Assembly (NCBI GenBank): GCA_963744685.1
Contig: CAVUUL010000006.1
Coordinates: 301,749-365,748 of the forward strand
Length of the DNA: 64,000 nucleotides
Origin: an uncultured Solirubrobacteraceae bacterium
Lineage (GTDB): Bacteria > Actinomycetota > Thermoleophilia > Solirubrobacterales > Solirubrobacteraceae
Direction of reading: 5' to 3'
The notes below the pieces were generated by a model that worked only from the letters and a program-made list of their open reading frames with translations, was not told the DNA's origin and made no database searches. Shown here piece after piece: positions 42,828-51,997 of the stretch. The position numbers and the translations under genes are program-made. The first letter of the stretch is position 1. Each line of letters begins with the position of its first letter.

Positions 42828-44447
42828 TCACCGTGCAGCCCAGGAACGCAGGCTCTGAAGCGAGCCGGCGTTGAGCACGTGCGCGTCGGTCGCCCACCCT
42901 CGCCGCGCGGTGGCGACCGAGAACTCCATGTTCGCCAGCCCCGCGACCGAGTGCGCGTCGGTGGAGCAGACGATCCGGGCGCCCGCGCGCAGCGCGTCTC
43001 GCACGTGCTCGCCGCTCAGGTCCAGGCGCGGTGGGAGCCCGTTGACCTCGAGCGCCACTCCTCGCTGGACCGCAAGCGCGTAGACCTGCTCGAGATCGAC
43101 GGCGTTCTCCGGCCGGCGGGTGAGGAGTCTGCCGGTCGGGTGGCTGAGGCAGCTGACGTGCGGGTTCTGGAGCGCGTGGCACACACGTGCGGTCATCTCC
43201 CGGGCGGCCATGCGCTGGCCGCCGTGGACGCTGATCTGGACCCAGTCGAGCTCGGCGAGCACATCGTCGGGGAGGTCGAGGCGGCCGTCGGGGAGGATGT
43301 CGCACTCGATCCCGCGGAGCACCACGAACGGCGCCAGCGCCTCATTGGCGGCCGCGATCTCCTCAGCCTGGCGGCGCACCGCGTCCGCGTCGAGGCCCTG
43401 GACGGCGCCGACCGCGGGCGTGTGGTCGCAGATCGCCAGGTACTCGTAGCCGCGGGCGCGAGCCGCCCGCCCCATCTCCTCGATGCTCGCCCGGCCGTCG
43501 GACCAGGTCGAGTGGCAGTGCAGGTCGCCGCGGATCGAGGCGAGCTCGAGCAGCGGCGGCGGCTCACCGCGAAAGGGAGCCTCACGCAGCTCCGGGGGAC
43601 ACCACGGCGCGCCCAGCTCGGCGTAGACCGCCGCCTCGTCGCACGCCTCCGGGAGCGGTCCGAGTGCATCGACGTAGGAGCGCGTTCCGGTGGCGCGGAT
43701 CAGTTCCGCGCCGAACTGCTGGGGCGAGGGTACGACGAGCTCGACCGCGACACCCTCGACGGTGACTCCGAGCGCGCGCCGCTCCTCGCGCTCGGCCACC
43801 GCGACGATCTGGGGGAGCGCGGCGAACCGGTCGAGCACGAGTGCGGGGTCGTCTGCCTCGCAGACGACGGATAGGTGCTCGCAGAGGTCGCGCCGGCGGC
43901 GGACGTCGCCCGCGGGACGGCCTCCGAGTGCCGCGGCGATCCCCTCCACGAGCTCGATCGCCCGGTTGAGCAGCAGGCCGGTTCGGGCGGGCGGCTCGGC
44001 GTCCCGGGCGAGCGCCCCGAGCAGGCGGGCCTCGGTCTTGGGCCCGACCCCCGGGACGTCACGCAGCCGGCCGCCGGCCGCCGCCTCGCGCAGCTGCTCA
44101 GGGGTGTGGACGTCGAGCGCCCGGGCCAGCTCGAGCGCGCGGTTGGCGCTCACGCCGAGGTAGCGCAGCAGGCCGACCAGTCCGGGCGAGAGCTCTCGCT
44201 CGAGCTCGGCCAGCTCGGCGATCTCGCCCGTGTCGAGCAGTTCGCGCAGCCGCGTCTCGATGCCGGAGCCGATGCCCCGCAGCTCGCGCACGCGCCCTGT
44301 GCGCACCAGCTCTTCGATCGGTGCGGCGGTGGTGCGGATCGTCTCGGCCGCGCGACGATAGGCGCGAGTCGTATACGAGTTGGCGTCGCTGAGCTCGAGC
44401 AGCATCGCAAACGCCTCGAGCCGGTCTGCGATCGCCGCGTTGTCCAC
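42828..44447 (-). CDS. polX: PolX-family protein: Pol-beta-like HhH/palm domain fused to a PHP phosphoesterase domain
   Basis: N-terminal NAAIADRLEAFAMLLEL and HhH motifs. PHP motifs HCHSTWSDG, ICDHT, ISVHG, SHPTGR and STDAHS. GTG start at 44447. Confidence 0.85.
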   Translation of the reverse strand: MDNAAIADRLEAFAMLLELSDANSYTTRAYRRAAETIRTTAAPIEELVRTGRVRELRGIGSGIETRLRELLDTGEIAELAELERELSPGLVGLLRYLGVSANRALELARALDVHTPEQLREAAAGGRLRDVPGVGPKTEARLLGALARDAEPPARTGLLLNRAIELVEGIAAALGGRPAGDVRRRRDLCEHLSVVCEADDPALVLDRFAALPQIVAVAEREERRALGVTVEGVAVELVVPSPQQFGAELIRATGTRSYVDALGPLPEACDEAAVYAELGAPWCPPELREAPFRGEPPPLLELASIRGDLHCHSTWSDGRASIEEMGRAARARGYEYLAICDHTPAVGAVQGLDADAVRRQAEEIAAANEALAPFVVLRGIECDILPDGRLDLPDDVLAELDWVQISVHGGQRMAAREMTARVCHALQNPHVSCLSHPTGRLLTRRPENAVDLEQVYALAVQRGVALEVNGLPPRLDLSGEHVRDALRAGARIVCSTDAHSVAGLANMEFSVATARRGWATDAHVLNAGSLQSLRSWAAR

Positions 44448-44470
44448 GCTCGCAGTGTCGCGCCGCTGGC

Positions 44471-45079
44471 TCAGCGCGGACCCCACGCCGCCGATCGCCG
44501 ATCGCCGATCCAGCTGATCAGCAGCGCCAGCAACGCCATCAGGATCGCCAGGATGACGCAGGTCAGAGCGACGTGGACGTAGCCGCCCTTGCGACTCGCG
44601 TCCAGGAACGGATACGGGTACCAATGGACGATCGGCCCGCGGATCAGCGAGTAGACGAGGTACGCGAGCGGGCCGGCGAGCCACGCGAGAGCGGTCGACC
44701 GCGCGGTGATCGGCCAAGGGTCGAACAGCACCCAGTCGAGGAGGACCGCCAGCGGGACCACGCGGTGCAGGACGTCGTTGACCCACGGCGAGATCAACCC
44801 GACGTCGGTGTTGGCGAGCAGCGCCGCGTAGACGATCCCGGTGATCGTCAGGTAGAGCGTCGTGGCGGCCCTGAGGGTCGACCACCCACGCGAGTCCGGG
44901 TCGACCAGCGCCCCGCCGAGCAGGACCACGCAGCCCACGATGTTGCTCTCGATCGTGAAGAAGCTGAAGAAGTGGCCGAGGTGCTTGGAGCCGGTGGCCG
45001 CGTCGATCAGCGCGGCGGCGCAGAGCAGCCCGACGACGAGTCGTGCCACGCGTACGCCCGTTCTTGCCGGCGGCGCCAT
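44471..45079 (-). CDS. Pr6Pr-family membrane protein
   Basis: FFSFFTIESN motif and 6-TM layout. Confidence 0.65.
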   Translation of the reverse strand: MAPPARTGVRVARLVVGLLCAAALIDAATGSKHLGHFFSFFTIESNIVGCVVLLGGALVDPDSRGWSTLRAATTLYLTITGIVYAALLANTDVGLISPWVNDVLHRVVPLAVLLDWVLFDPWPITARSTALAWLAGPLAYLVYSLIRGPIVHWYPYPFLDASRKGGYVHVALTCVILAILMALLALLISWIGDRRSAAWGPR

Positions 45080-45203
45080 GGCGCCATCAAATCAGGCGGT
45101 GCGCTGTGCGGTGCGCCGACCCTGATTCGCCGAGATGCAGATCTCAGCCGCTCACGCATAGATTTACTGATATCGAAACGCGCAGCTGGAGTATGCTGGC
45201 GCG

Positions 45204-46250
45204 GTGGTGGCTCAGGGGATCCCCGCCCGGGAAGAGGTGAGCGGGTCGCCCCGGGCCGATCGCGTCGCGCGGGCCAACGCCCGCTGGTACTTCGCCGGCC
45301 TCGCCGCATCTCTGATCGGCAACAGCGCCATGTCGCTGGTGGCCGGCATCTGGGTCAAGTCGCTCACGGGCTCCAGCGAGCAGGCGGGGCTGGTGGGCGG
45401 GTGCGTCTACGCGGCCACGCTGCTCGCGCCGTTCGCCGGGCTGCTCGCCGATCGGCTGCCGCGCCGGCCGCTGCTGCTCTGTCTCAACCTGATCGCCGCC
45501 GCAACGGTCGCCCTGCTGCTGCTCGTGCGCTCCCGGGGCGAGGTATGGCTGATCTTCGTGGTGATGGCGGCCTACGGGGTGCAGGCGACGCTCATGGACC
45601 CAGCCGAGGATGCGCTGTTCGCGCAGATGTTCACGACCGAGTTCCGCCGGCGGATCAACGGCTGGCGGCTGACGATCCAGGAGACCGGACGACTCGCCTC
45701 GCCGCTGCTCGGGGCTGGGCTCTTCGTATTGCTCGGCGGGGGCGCCGTGGCCGCGCTCGACGGGGCCACGTTCGTCGTTGCGGCATTCGTCGTCACGCGC
45801 CTGCGGGTTGATGAGTCCGGCGTCGCCACGGTCGTACGGCCAGGTCGGCCGCCCTGCGTGCCGGGATCACCCACATCCAGGGCGCACCCGGCCTGCGGCA
45901 GGTGGCCGTCGCAGCCACGCTCGTCATGGCCCTCTCGGGCGCCGGCGTCGCCGCTCAGTACAGCCTCGTACACGGCATCGGTCAGCGTCCGGCGTTCCTG
46001 GGCGTGCTGTCCGCCCTGCTCGGCGCGGGCTCGATCATCGCCGCCCTCTCGGCCGGCCGGCTGATCGGGTCGCTGGTGAGCGGGCGCGGCGGTGTTCGTG
46101 GCGTCTCGCGGTGGTGGGTCTGGATTGCGGGGTGGTTGGTGGGGAGCGGTGTGGGGGCGCTGGTGCGCGGCGTGGGGGTGTGGTGGTCGTGGCGATCAGC
46201 ATCGCGCAGCGACTCGGCGCCGAGCCCTCCGGGCGGGTCGCGGGGGGGTG
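45204..46250 (+). pseudogene. MFS transporter, frameshifted and 3'-truncated
   Basis: TM1-6 lie in the frame of 45204 and become nonsense after RLRVDES (~45815-45845). The protein continues as RSAALRAGITHIQGAPGLRQVAVAATLVMALSG... in the frame of 45902. A further fragment ...AISIAQRLGAEPSGRV is in a third frame. TM11-12 are absent, and repeat copy B follows. Confidence 0.55.
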
Positions 46251-46292
46251 ACCCTGGGCGTTCGGGGGGGGATGCGCGTCGGGTCGTCGGTC

Positions 46293-46800
46293 GCTCAAGC
46301 AGCGCCCGCGAGGGTTCGTGGGGTCGCGGCGTGAGTCTGTGTGGGGTGGGTGGCGCTGCTGTGACTGCCGTCGCCCCGCCGCGCTATGGGCAATGAACGG
46401 GTCGCGCAGGTGCGCCTCGCACTTGGGCTGGTGTGGGTCGTCCGCGGGAGGGTGCTGGGCATCTGACGTCACTCCTGGTTGCGTGAGATGCCCAGCTCAC
46501 GCTGGGGGCGGAACGTTTTGCGCACCCGCCGCAGCCTCCGAGGCCGTGTGGGTGATGTGGTGCGCCTCGCGGAGAAGATCCCCCAGCCTGACGCGCGGCC
46601 TGTCGCGAGTGGGTCAACGGTGCCGTCCGAACCGTCTGATTTGGCGCGAGGTCGTGCACACGAAGTGGGCTCGACCTCACTGCCGATGGCATGACGGGGC
46701 GACGGCAGTCAAGCAGCGCTACAAACCTCGCACGGAGGCCATGGGAATGCGGGCGCTGCTTGACGGCCGGCGTCACGGCATGCCACATCGCGAACGTCAC
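46293..46800 (-). repeat. Structured repeat element, copy B (inverted relative to copy A)
   Basis: The reverse complement of 46641-46793 is nearly identical to 29568-29726. TCAAGCAGCG cores lie at 46295-46309, 46352-46365, 46708-46719 and 46751-46764. Confidence 0.85.
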
Positions 46801-47122
46801 ACACCACCCCGGCCGACCACACCGCACCGCGCGCCTCCGAGTCCACCACGCCGAGCAACCAACCGCGCCCACCAGATTGTCAGCAATCGCGGCGACGAGA
46901 TGTCCCGTCATCCCGCCGCCACCCACCGACCCGCCACCGCCAATCCGACCACAAGGCGGCACGCCACACGAGTCCGACTGCGCAAGGTGTAGACCTGATC
47001 TCCAACAAGATCGTTTACAATCTGTCCTCGAGGGCTACAGTGGCGGCACACAGAGGAGGGAGCCGGCGGTCGTGGACGTCTGCCGGGTTCTACGAGAGGA
47101 AATCACATGACCCCAGCCGTGT

Positions 47123-48367
47123 ATGCGTCTCATCGTCCGAGTTCGCTGGGGCGCCACGGCGGCCCTGGCCGCACTCACCGTCGCCGCGTGCGGCAGCAGC
47201 AAGTCGGGCTCGTCGGGCGGTTCCGCGACGTCGGGCAGCTCGGCCACGTCGAGCGGGTCCGCCACGTCGGGTGGGGCCACCACTGGCTCATCGTCGGGAT
47301 CGAGCGCAGGAGCGGTCTCGTCCTCGACGCTCGCGTCGCTGAAGGCATCGCTGACGAAGGCCGAGGCCACGCCGAAGTTCGTCGCCCCTGGTCCACCGGT
47401 GAGCGCGAGCGTGCTGAAGGGCAAGACGATGGTCGTGTTCCCGATCAACAGCCAGATCGACGCCTGCCAGACGCAGGCCGAGGACTTCAAGGCGCTTGGC
47501 ACGCAGCTGGGCGCCAAGGTCACGCTCGTGTCCAACTCCGGACAGCCGACGCAGTGGCAGCAGGCGGTGCAGGACGCGACCGGCGGCCATGACGCCGCGG
47601 TGGCGATGCTCTGTGGAGTCATCCCCGGCGCGATCGGCCCTCAGCTGACAGCGGCCAAGCGGGCCGGCGTGGCTGTCGTCGACGGCAACTACAACGAGAC
47701 CAGCAACTACGCGGGGCTCGATGGGGAGACCGCGGTGCAGACCGCCGAGGGAATGAAGCAGGACGTCGACGATGCGCTGGTCAACCTCAACGGCAAGCCG
47801 CTGCACGCTCTCGTCGTCACCAGCGACTCGATCATCCAGGGCCTGGCGGCCTCGGCGGCGATCGCAGCCGAGATCAAGAAGGACTGTGCGAGCCAGTGCT
47901 CGATCGAGCAGACGATCACGGTGCCGATCCAGAGCTGGGCGACCTCGGTCCAGTCCGACGTCGCCTCGGCGCTGACCGCCCACCCGAGCGTCAACGCGGT
48001 GATCGTGCCCTTTGACGGCCTCACCCAGTTCGTCGATCCGGCGCTCACCCACTCGCATACCAGTGGCCTGAAGGTCTACACGTGGGGCGGTAGCCGATCG
48101 GTGGAGAAGCTCCTTGCGTCAGGCGGCGTCATCGCAGCCGACCCTGGACCCGACGAGCAGTGGGACGCGTATGAGGCGATGGATCAGGTCATCCGCCTGG
48201 TCAACCACAAGTCTGCCGCGCCGGTGGCCAAGGAGGTGGACCCCAACCGCTTCTGGGTCTCCTCGAACGTGTCCTCGTTCTTTGGGCCGGGCGGCAGCTA
48301 CGGCAACAAGGGTTACGGCGGCAACGCGTTCGTGAACGGATTCGACAAACTGTGGGGCGTCTCCTGA
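47123..48367 (+). CDS. Sugar ABC transporter substrate-binding lipoprotein (type I periplasmic-binding fold)
   Basis: Signal peptide with lipobox LTVAAC, a Ser/Gly-rich linker and a PBP-like body. Confidence 0.8.
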   Translation: MRLIVRVRWGATAALAALTVAACGSSKSGSSGGSATSGSSATSSGSATSGGATTGSSSGSSAGAVSSSTLASLKASLTKAEATPKFVAPGPPVSASVLKGKTMVVFPINSQIDACQTQAEDFKALGTQLGAKVTLVSNSGQPTQWQQAVQDATGGHDAAVAMLCGVIPGAIGPQLTAAKRAGVAVVDGNYNETSNYAGLDGETAVQTAEGMKQDVDDALVNLNGKPLHALVVTSDSIIQGLAASAAIAAEIKKDCASQCSIEQTITVPIQSWATSVQSDVASALTAHPSVNAVIVPFDGLTQFVDPALTHSHTSGLKVYTWGGSRSVEKLLASGGVIAADPGPDEQWDAYEAMDQVIRLVNHKSAAPVAKEVDPNRFWVSSNVSSFFGPGGSYGNKGYGGNAFVNGFDKLWGVS

Positions 48368-48388
48368 GCCACGCAGACCGCGTCCTCG

Positions 48389-50008
48389 ATGACCGCAGAT
48401 AACGACCAGGAAGCGCCCCCGCCGGCGCAGGGTGAGGCCCCGTCGCTCCAGGCGAGGGGCCTCGCCAAGCGGTTCGGGGCCCAATGGGCGCTGCGGGGCG
48501 TCGACCTGGAGATCCACCGCGGCGAGGTGGTGGCGCTGCTGGGCGAGAACGGCTCGGGCAAGTCGACCCTGGTCAAGATCCTGGCCGGCTACCACGAGCC
48601 CGAGCCGGGCGGGACGCTGTCGATGGCCGGCCGCCCGGTCGCGTTGCCGGTCGCGCTCGGCGGCTTCCACGACGCCGGCTTGGCGTTCGTCTTCCAGGAT
48701 CTCGGGCTGGCCAACGAGCTGACCGTGGTGGAGAACCTGTTCGTCGGCCGCCGGCTCTCCGGGACCGGGGCGCGGGCGATCAACTGGCGTGCCGAGCGGC
48801 GCGAAGCACAGGAGGTCTTTGCGCGGTACTCGGTCGATCTGGACGCCTCGGCCCAGGTCGGGCGGCTGCGCCCGACTGCCCAGGCGCTGCTTGCGATCGT
48901 GCGCGCCGCCGAGGAACTGCGCACGTACCGCGCCACCTCGGGCGCGACCGGCGGGGTTCTCGTGCTCGACGAGCCGACGGTGTTCCTGCCCGAGCACGAG
49001 AAGGTGTTCCTGTTCGATCTGGTGCGCCGGGTCGTCGCCGACGGGACCGGCGTCCTGTTCGTCTCCCACGACATGACCGCGGTGCGTGAGATCAGCCACC
49101 GCGCCGTCGTCCTACGCGACGGCGGCAAGGTGGGCGACGCAACGGTCGCCGACACCACCGACGCCGAGCTCGTCCAGATGGTGTCGGGCCATCGTCTGGC
49201 CGCGGTCGCCGCCTCAGAGGATCACGCAAAGGCTGCCGGCGGCGGGGAGGTCGTGCTGTCGATCGACGGTGTGCGCGGTGGGCGCCTGCGCGACGTCGCG
49301 CTCGAGGTCCGCGCCGGAGAGATCGTCGGCGTCGCGGGCCTGCTCGGCTCGGGCACCGAGGATCTGCCCTACGTCCTCTTCGGTGCGGTCGGCGACGGCG
49401 AAGGACGCATCTCCGTCGGCGACTGGTCCGGCGAGATCTCCGATCTGGATCCGGCCGGCGCACAGCGGCTCGGCGTGGCGCTCGTGCCGGCCGACCGCAA
49501 GCAGCTGGGGGTGGCCGCGGCGCTGTCGGTGGAGAAGAACATGCTGTCGCTCGTCCTCGGACGCTACGTCCGCCGCGGGGTGCTCGCCCACCGCCAGATG
49601 CACGACACGGCTCGAAAGCGCAGCGAGACCTACGACGTGCGGCCCCGCAACCCCAGCGCGAGCATGAACGCGCTCAGCGGGGGCAACCAGCAGAAGGTGG
49701 TGCTCGCGCGGTGGCTTGAGATCAACCCGCGTCTGCTCCTGCTCCACGAGCCGACCCAGGGCGTGGACGTCGCCACCCGGGCGGAGATCTACGAGATCAT
49801 GCGCGCCCGGTGCCGCGACGGGGTGGCGATCCTGTGGGTCAGCACAGACTTCGATGAGCTTGCCGCGGTCGCGCACCGGGTGCTGATCTGCGCCGGCGGA
49901 CGGATCGCGGGCCGCCTGTCGGCTCCTCTGACCCGGGATCGGATCACGAGCGAGGTCTACGCGACTGCCGCGCGCGGTGGAACCAGAGAGGTGGCAGCGA
50001 CGTCATGA
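48389..50008 (+). CDS. Sugar ABC transporter ATP-binding protein (tandem NBDs, RbsA/MglA type)
   Basis: First NBD has GENGSGKST and LVLDEP. The second NBD has a degenerate Walker A, LSGGNQQK and LLLHEPTQGVD. Confidence 0.9.
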   Translation: MTADNDQEAPPPAQGEAPSLQARGLAKRFGAQWALRGVDLEIHRGEVVALLGENGSGKSTLVKILAGYHEPEPGGTLSMAGRPVALPVALGGFHDAGLAFVFQDLGLANELTVVENLFVGRRLSGTGARAINWRAERREAQEVFARYSVDLDASAQVGRLRPTAQALLAIVRAAEELRTYRATSGATGGVLVLDEPTVFLPEHEKVFLFDLVRRVVADGTGVLFVSHDMTAVREISHRAVVLRDGGKVGDATVADTTDAELVQMVSGHRLAAVAASEDHAKAAGGGEVVLSIDGVRGGRLRDVALEVRAGEIVGVAGLLGSGTEDLPYVLFGAVGDGEGRISVGDWSGEISDLDPAGAQRLGVALVPADRKQLGVAAALSVEKNMLSLVLGRYVRRGVLAHRQMHDTARKRSETYDVRPRNPSASMNALSGGNQQKVVLARWLEINPRLLLLHEPTQGVDVATRAEIYEIMRARCRDGVAILWVSTDFDELAAVAHRVLICAGGRIAGRLSAPLTRDRITSEVYATAARGGTREVAATS

Positions 50009-51035
50009 CGGCCAACGTGGATCAGCCGCCGCCCGCGGAGACGCCGTCCGGCGGCACCGGCGCGGCGACGCCAGGGCTGGAGCGCTCCAGAAGGGGCAAG
50101 ATCCTGGAGAGCGCGATGCTGCCGATCGCGTTCATCGCGGTGGTCGTGGGCTTCGGGTTGCACTCGCCTGATCAGTTCCTCACGGTCTCGAACTTCTCGA
50201 ACATCTTCGGGTCCCAGGCCGTCCTGTTCGTGCTCACGATGGCGCTGCTGATGCCGCTGACCAATGGCGATCTCGACCTGTCGGTGGGGGCGCTCTCGGG
50301 GCTGGTCTCGATGATCATCGCCGTGCTCAACGTCAATGACCACATGGCGATCGTTCCGTGCATCGTGATCGGCCTCGCCGTCGGGCTCGCCTGTGGCCTG
50401 ATCAACGGCTTGATCATCGTCCGCTTCGACGTCAACCCGTTCATCATCACTCTCGCCACCGGCACCGTGTTCGGCGGGATCCAGGAGTGGCTGTCCAAGG
50501 AGCAGACGATCGTCGGTGTCTCGACCCAGCTGAGCAACTGGACGTTCGGCAACGAACTGCTGGGGATCCCGATCGAGTTCTACTACGGGCTCGGTGATCA
50601 TGCTCGTCATGTTCTTCGTCCTGACGTTCACCGCGTTCGGGCAGCGGGCGCTGTTCGTCGGGCAGTCGCGTGAAGTCGCCCGGCTGAGCGGGTTCAAGGT
50701 CGGATCGATGCGCCTGTGGGGCTTCGTGATCGCCGGCCTCGTGGCGGGGATCTCCGGCGTCCTGTTCGTGGGCACGACGGGCTCGGCGAGCGCCGGGACC
50801 GGCGCCAACCTGCTGCTGCCCGCCTACGCGGCGGCGTTCCTCGGGCTGACCACGATCCAGCCGGGCCGCTTCAACGCGATCGGGTCGGGGATCTCGGTCT
50901 ACTTCCTGGCCACCGGCGTCGCCGGGAATGCTCGGCGCCCAGGACTACGTGCAGTCGCTGTTCTACGGCGTCGTTCTGGTGATCGCGGTGGTGCTGTCGC
51001 GGCTGGTCAACAGGCGCAGTGTCGGCGTCAGCTGA
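50005..51035 (+). pseudogene. Sugar ABC permease (RbsC/AraH type) interrupted by two +1 frameshifts
   Basis: The frame of 50005 reads through ...IEFYYGL. The protein continues as VIMLVMFFVLTFTAFGQRALFVGQSREVARLSG in the frame of 50594. After ...FLATGVAG it continues as MLGAQDYVQSLFYGVVLVIAVVLSRLVNRR and stops at 51033-51035 in the third frame. Confidence 0.6.
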
Positions 51036-51081
51036 GCCACCGGGCGGGCATCCGGTCCCGTCGGCGCGGGCCCGCGAGGCC

Positions 51082-51960
51082 GTGCGCGGCGGCTTTGACC
51101 CGCACGTGCACGTCGCGCCCGATTTCGCCCCGCGCCGGATCACCGATCTGGAGCTGGCGCTGCGCTGCGAGGAGGTCGGCCTGGCGGGGTTCGGGCTGAA
51201 GTCCCACTACACCGCCACGCACGAGCGAGCTGCGGTTGTCAGCGCCGCGCGTCCCGGAATCCGCGCGCTGGGCACGATCACGCTCAACCACGCGGTCGGC
51301 GGTCTGAACGCGACGGCGGTCGAGGTCGCCGCGCGGCAGGGGGCGCGGATCGTCTGGCTGCCGACGGTGAGCTCCCCGCAGGAGTTCCAGGAGGTGCAGG
51401 ACACCGACCCCAACGGCAAGGTCCCCGTCTGGGTCGGTTTCGAGCTCGAGCTCCGGGCCGCCGGGGTCCGCCCCGGTCCGGTGGCGGTCCTGGACGAGTC
51501 CGGGCGCCCGCTGCCCGCCCTGCTGGAGGTCCTGGAGGTGGTGGCCCACCACGGCATCGCACTGGCGACCGGGCATCTCTGCCAGCGCGAGATCGTTGCC
51601 GTCGTCGACGCTGCCGTCGCTGCCGGGGTGGAGACCGTCGTCGTCACCCACCCCGAGTTCCCCTCGCAGTCGATCCCGCCCGCCGTTCAGCGCGATCTCG
51701 CCGACCGGGGCGCCCTGATGGAGCGCGCGTTCACAACCCCGTACACCGGCAAGTGCACCTGGGAGGCGGTGTTTGAGGCGACCCGCGCCGTCGGGGCTGC
51801 ACGCACCGTCTGGGGCTCGGATCTCGGGCAGGTGTTCAACCCACCGGTGGAGGATGGGCTGGCGATCATGGCCGACCGGTTCCTCGCGGCCGGGTTCAGC
51901 GACGAGGAGGTCCGGCTGATGGCCGTCGAGAACACGCGACGGCTGGCCGGCGCCGGCTGA
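51082..51960 (+). CDS. Amidohydrolase-fold (DUF6282-like) metal-dependent hydrolase
   Basis: FDPHVHVAPD metal motif, then ...THPEF... and ...WGSDLGQ. The start is uncertain: GTG at 51082 or 51019. Confidence 0.6.
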   Translation: MRGGFDPHVHVAPDFAPRRITDLELALRCEEVGLAGFGLKSHYTATHERAAVVSAARPGIRALGTITLNHAVGGLNATAVEVAARQGARIVWLPTVSSPQEFQEVQDTDPNGKVPVWVGFELELRAAGVRPGPVAVLDESGRPLPALLEVLEVVAHHGIALATGHLCQREIVAVVDAAVAAGVETVVVTHPEFPSQSIPPAVQRDLADRGALMERAFTTPYTGKCTWEAVFEATRAVGAARTVWGSDLGQVFNPPVEDGLAIMADRFLAAGFSDEEVRLMAVENTRRLAGAG

Positions 51961-51997
51961 CGCCTCGCGCGCCGGCGGCCGGTAGCATCGCCGCGGA

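Noticed and set aside
47093-47125. A strong Shine-Dalgarno (GAGAGGAAA) positioned for the ATG at 47107, which is out of frame with the substrate-binding lipoprotein ORF starting at ATG 47123.
   Set aside because: The 47107 frame encodes no signal peptide and is a shadow ORF. The lipoprotein frame has a stop at 47108-47110, so it cannot extend upstream. This could be another small indel or a short upstream ORF, but the evidence is too thin to call.
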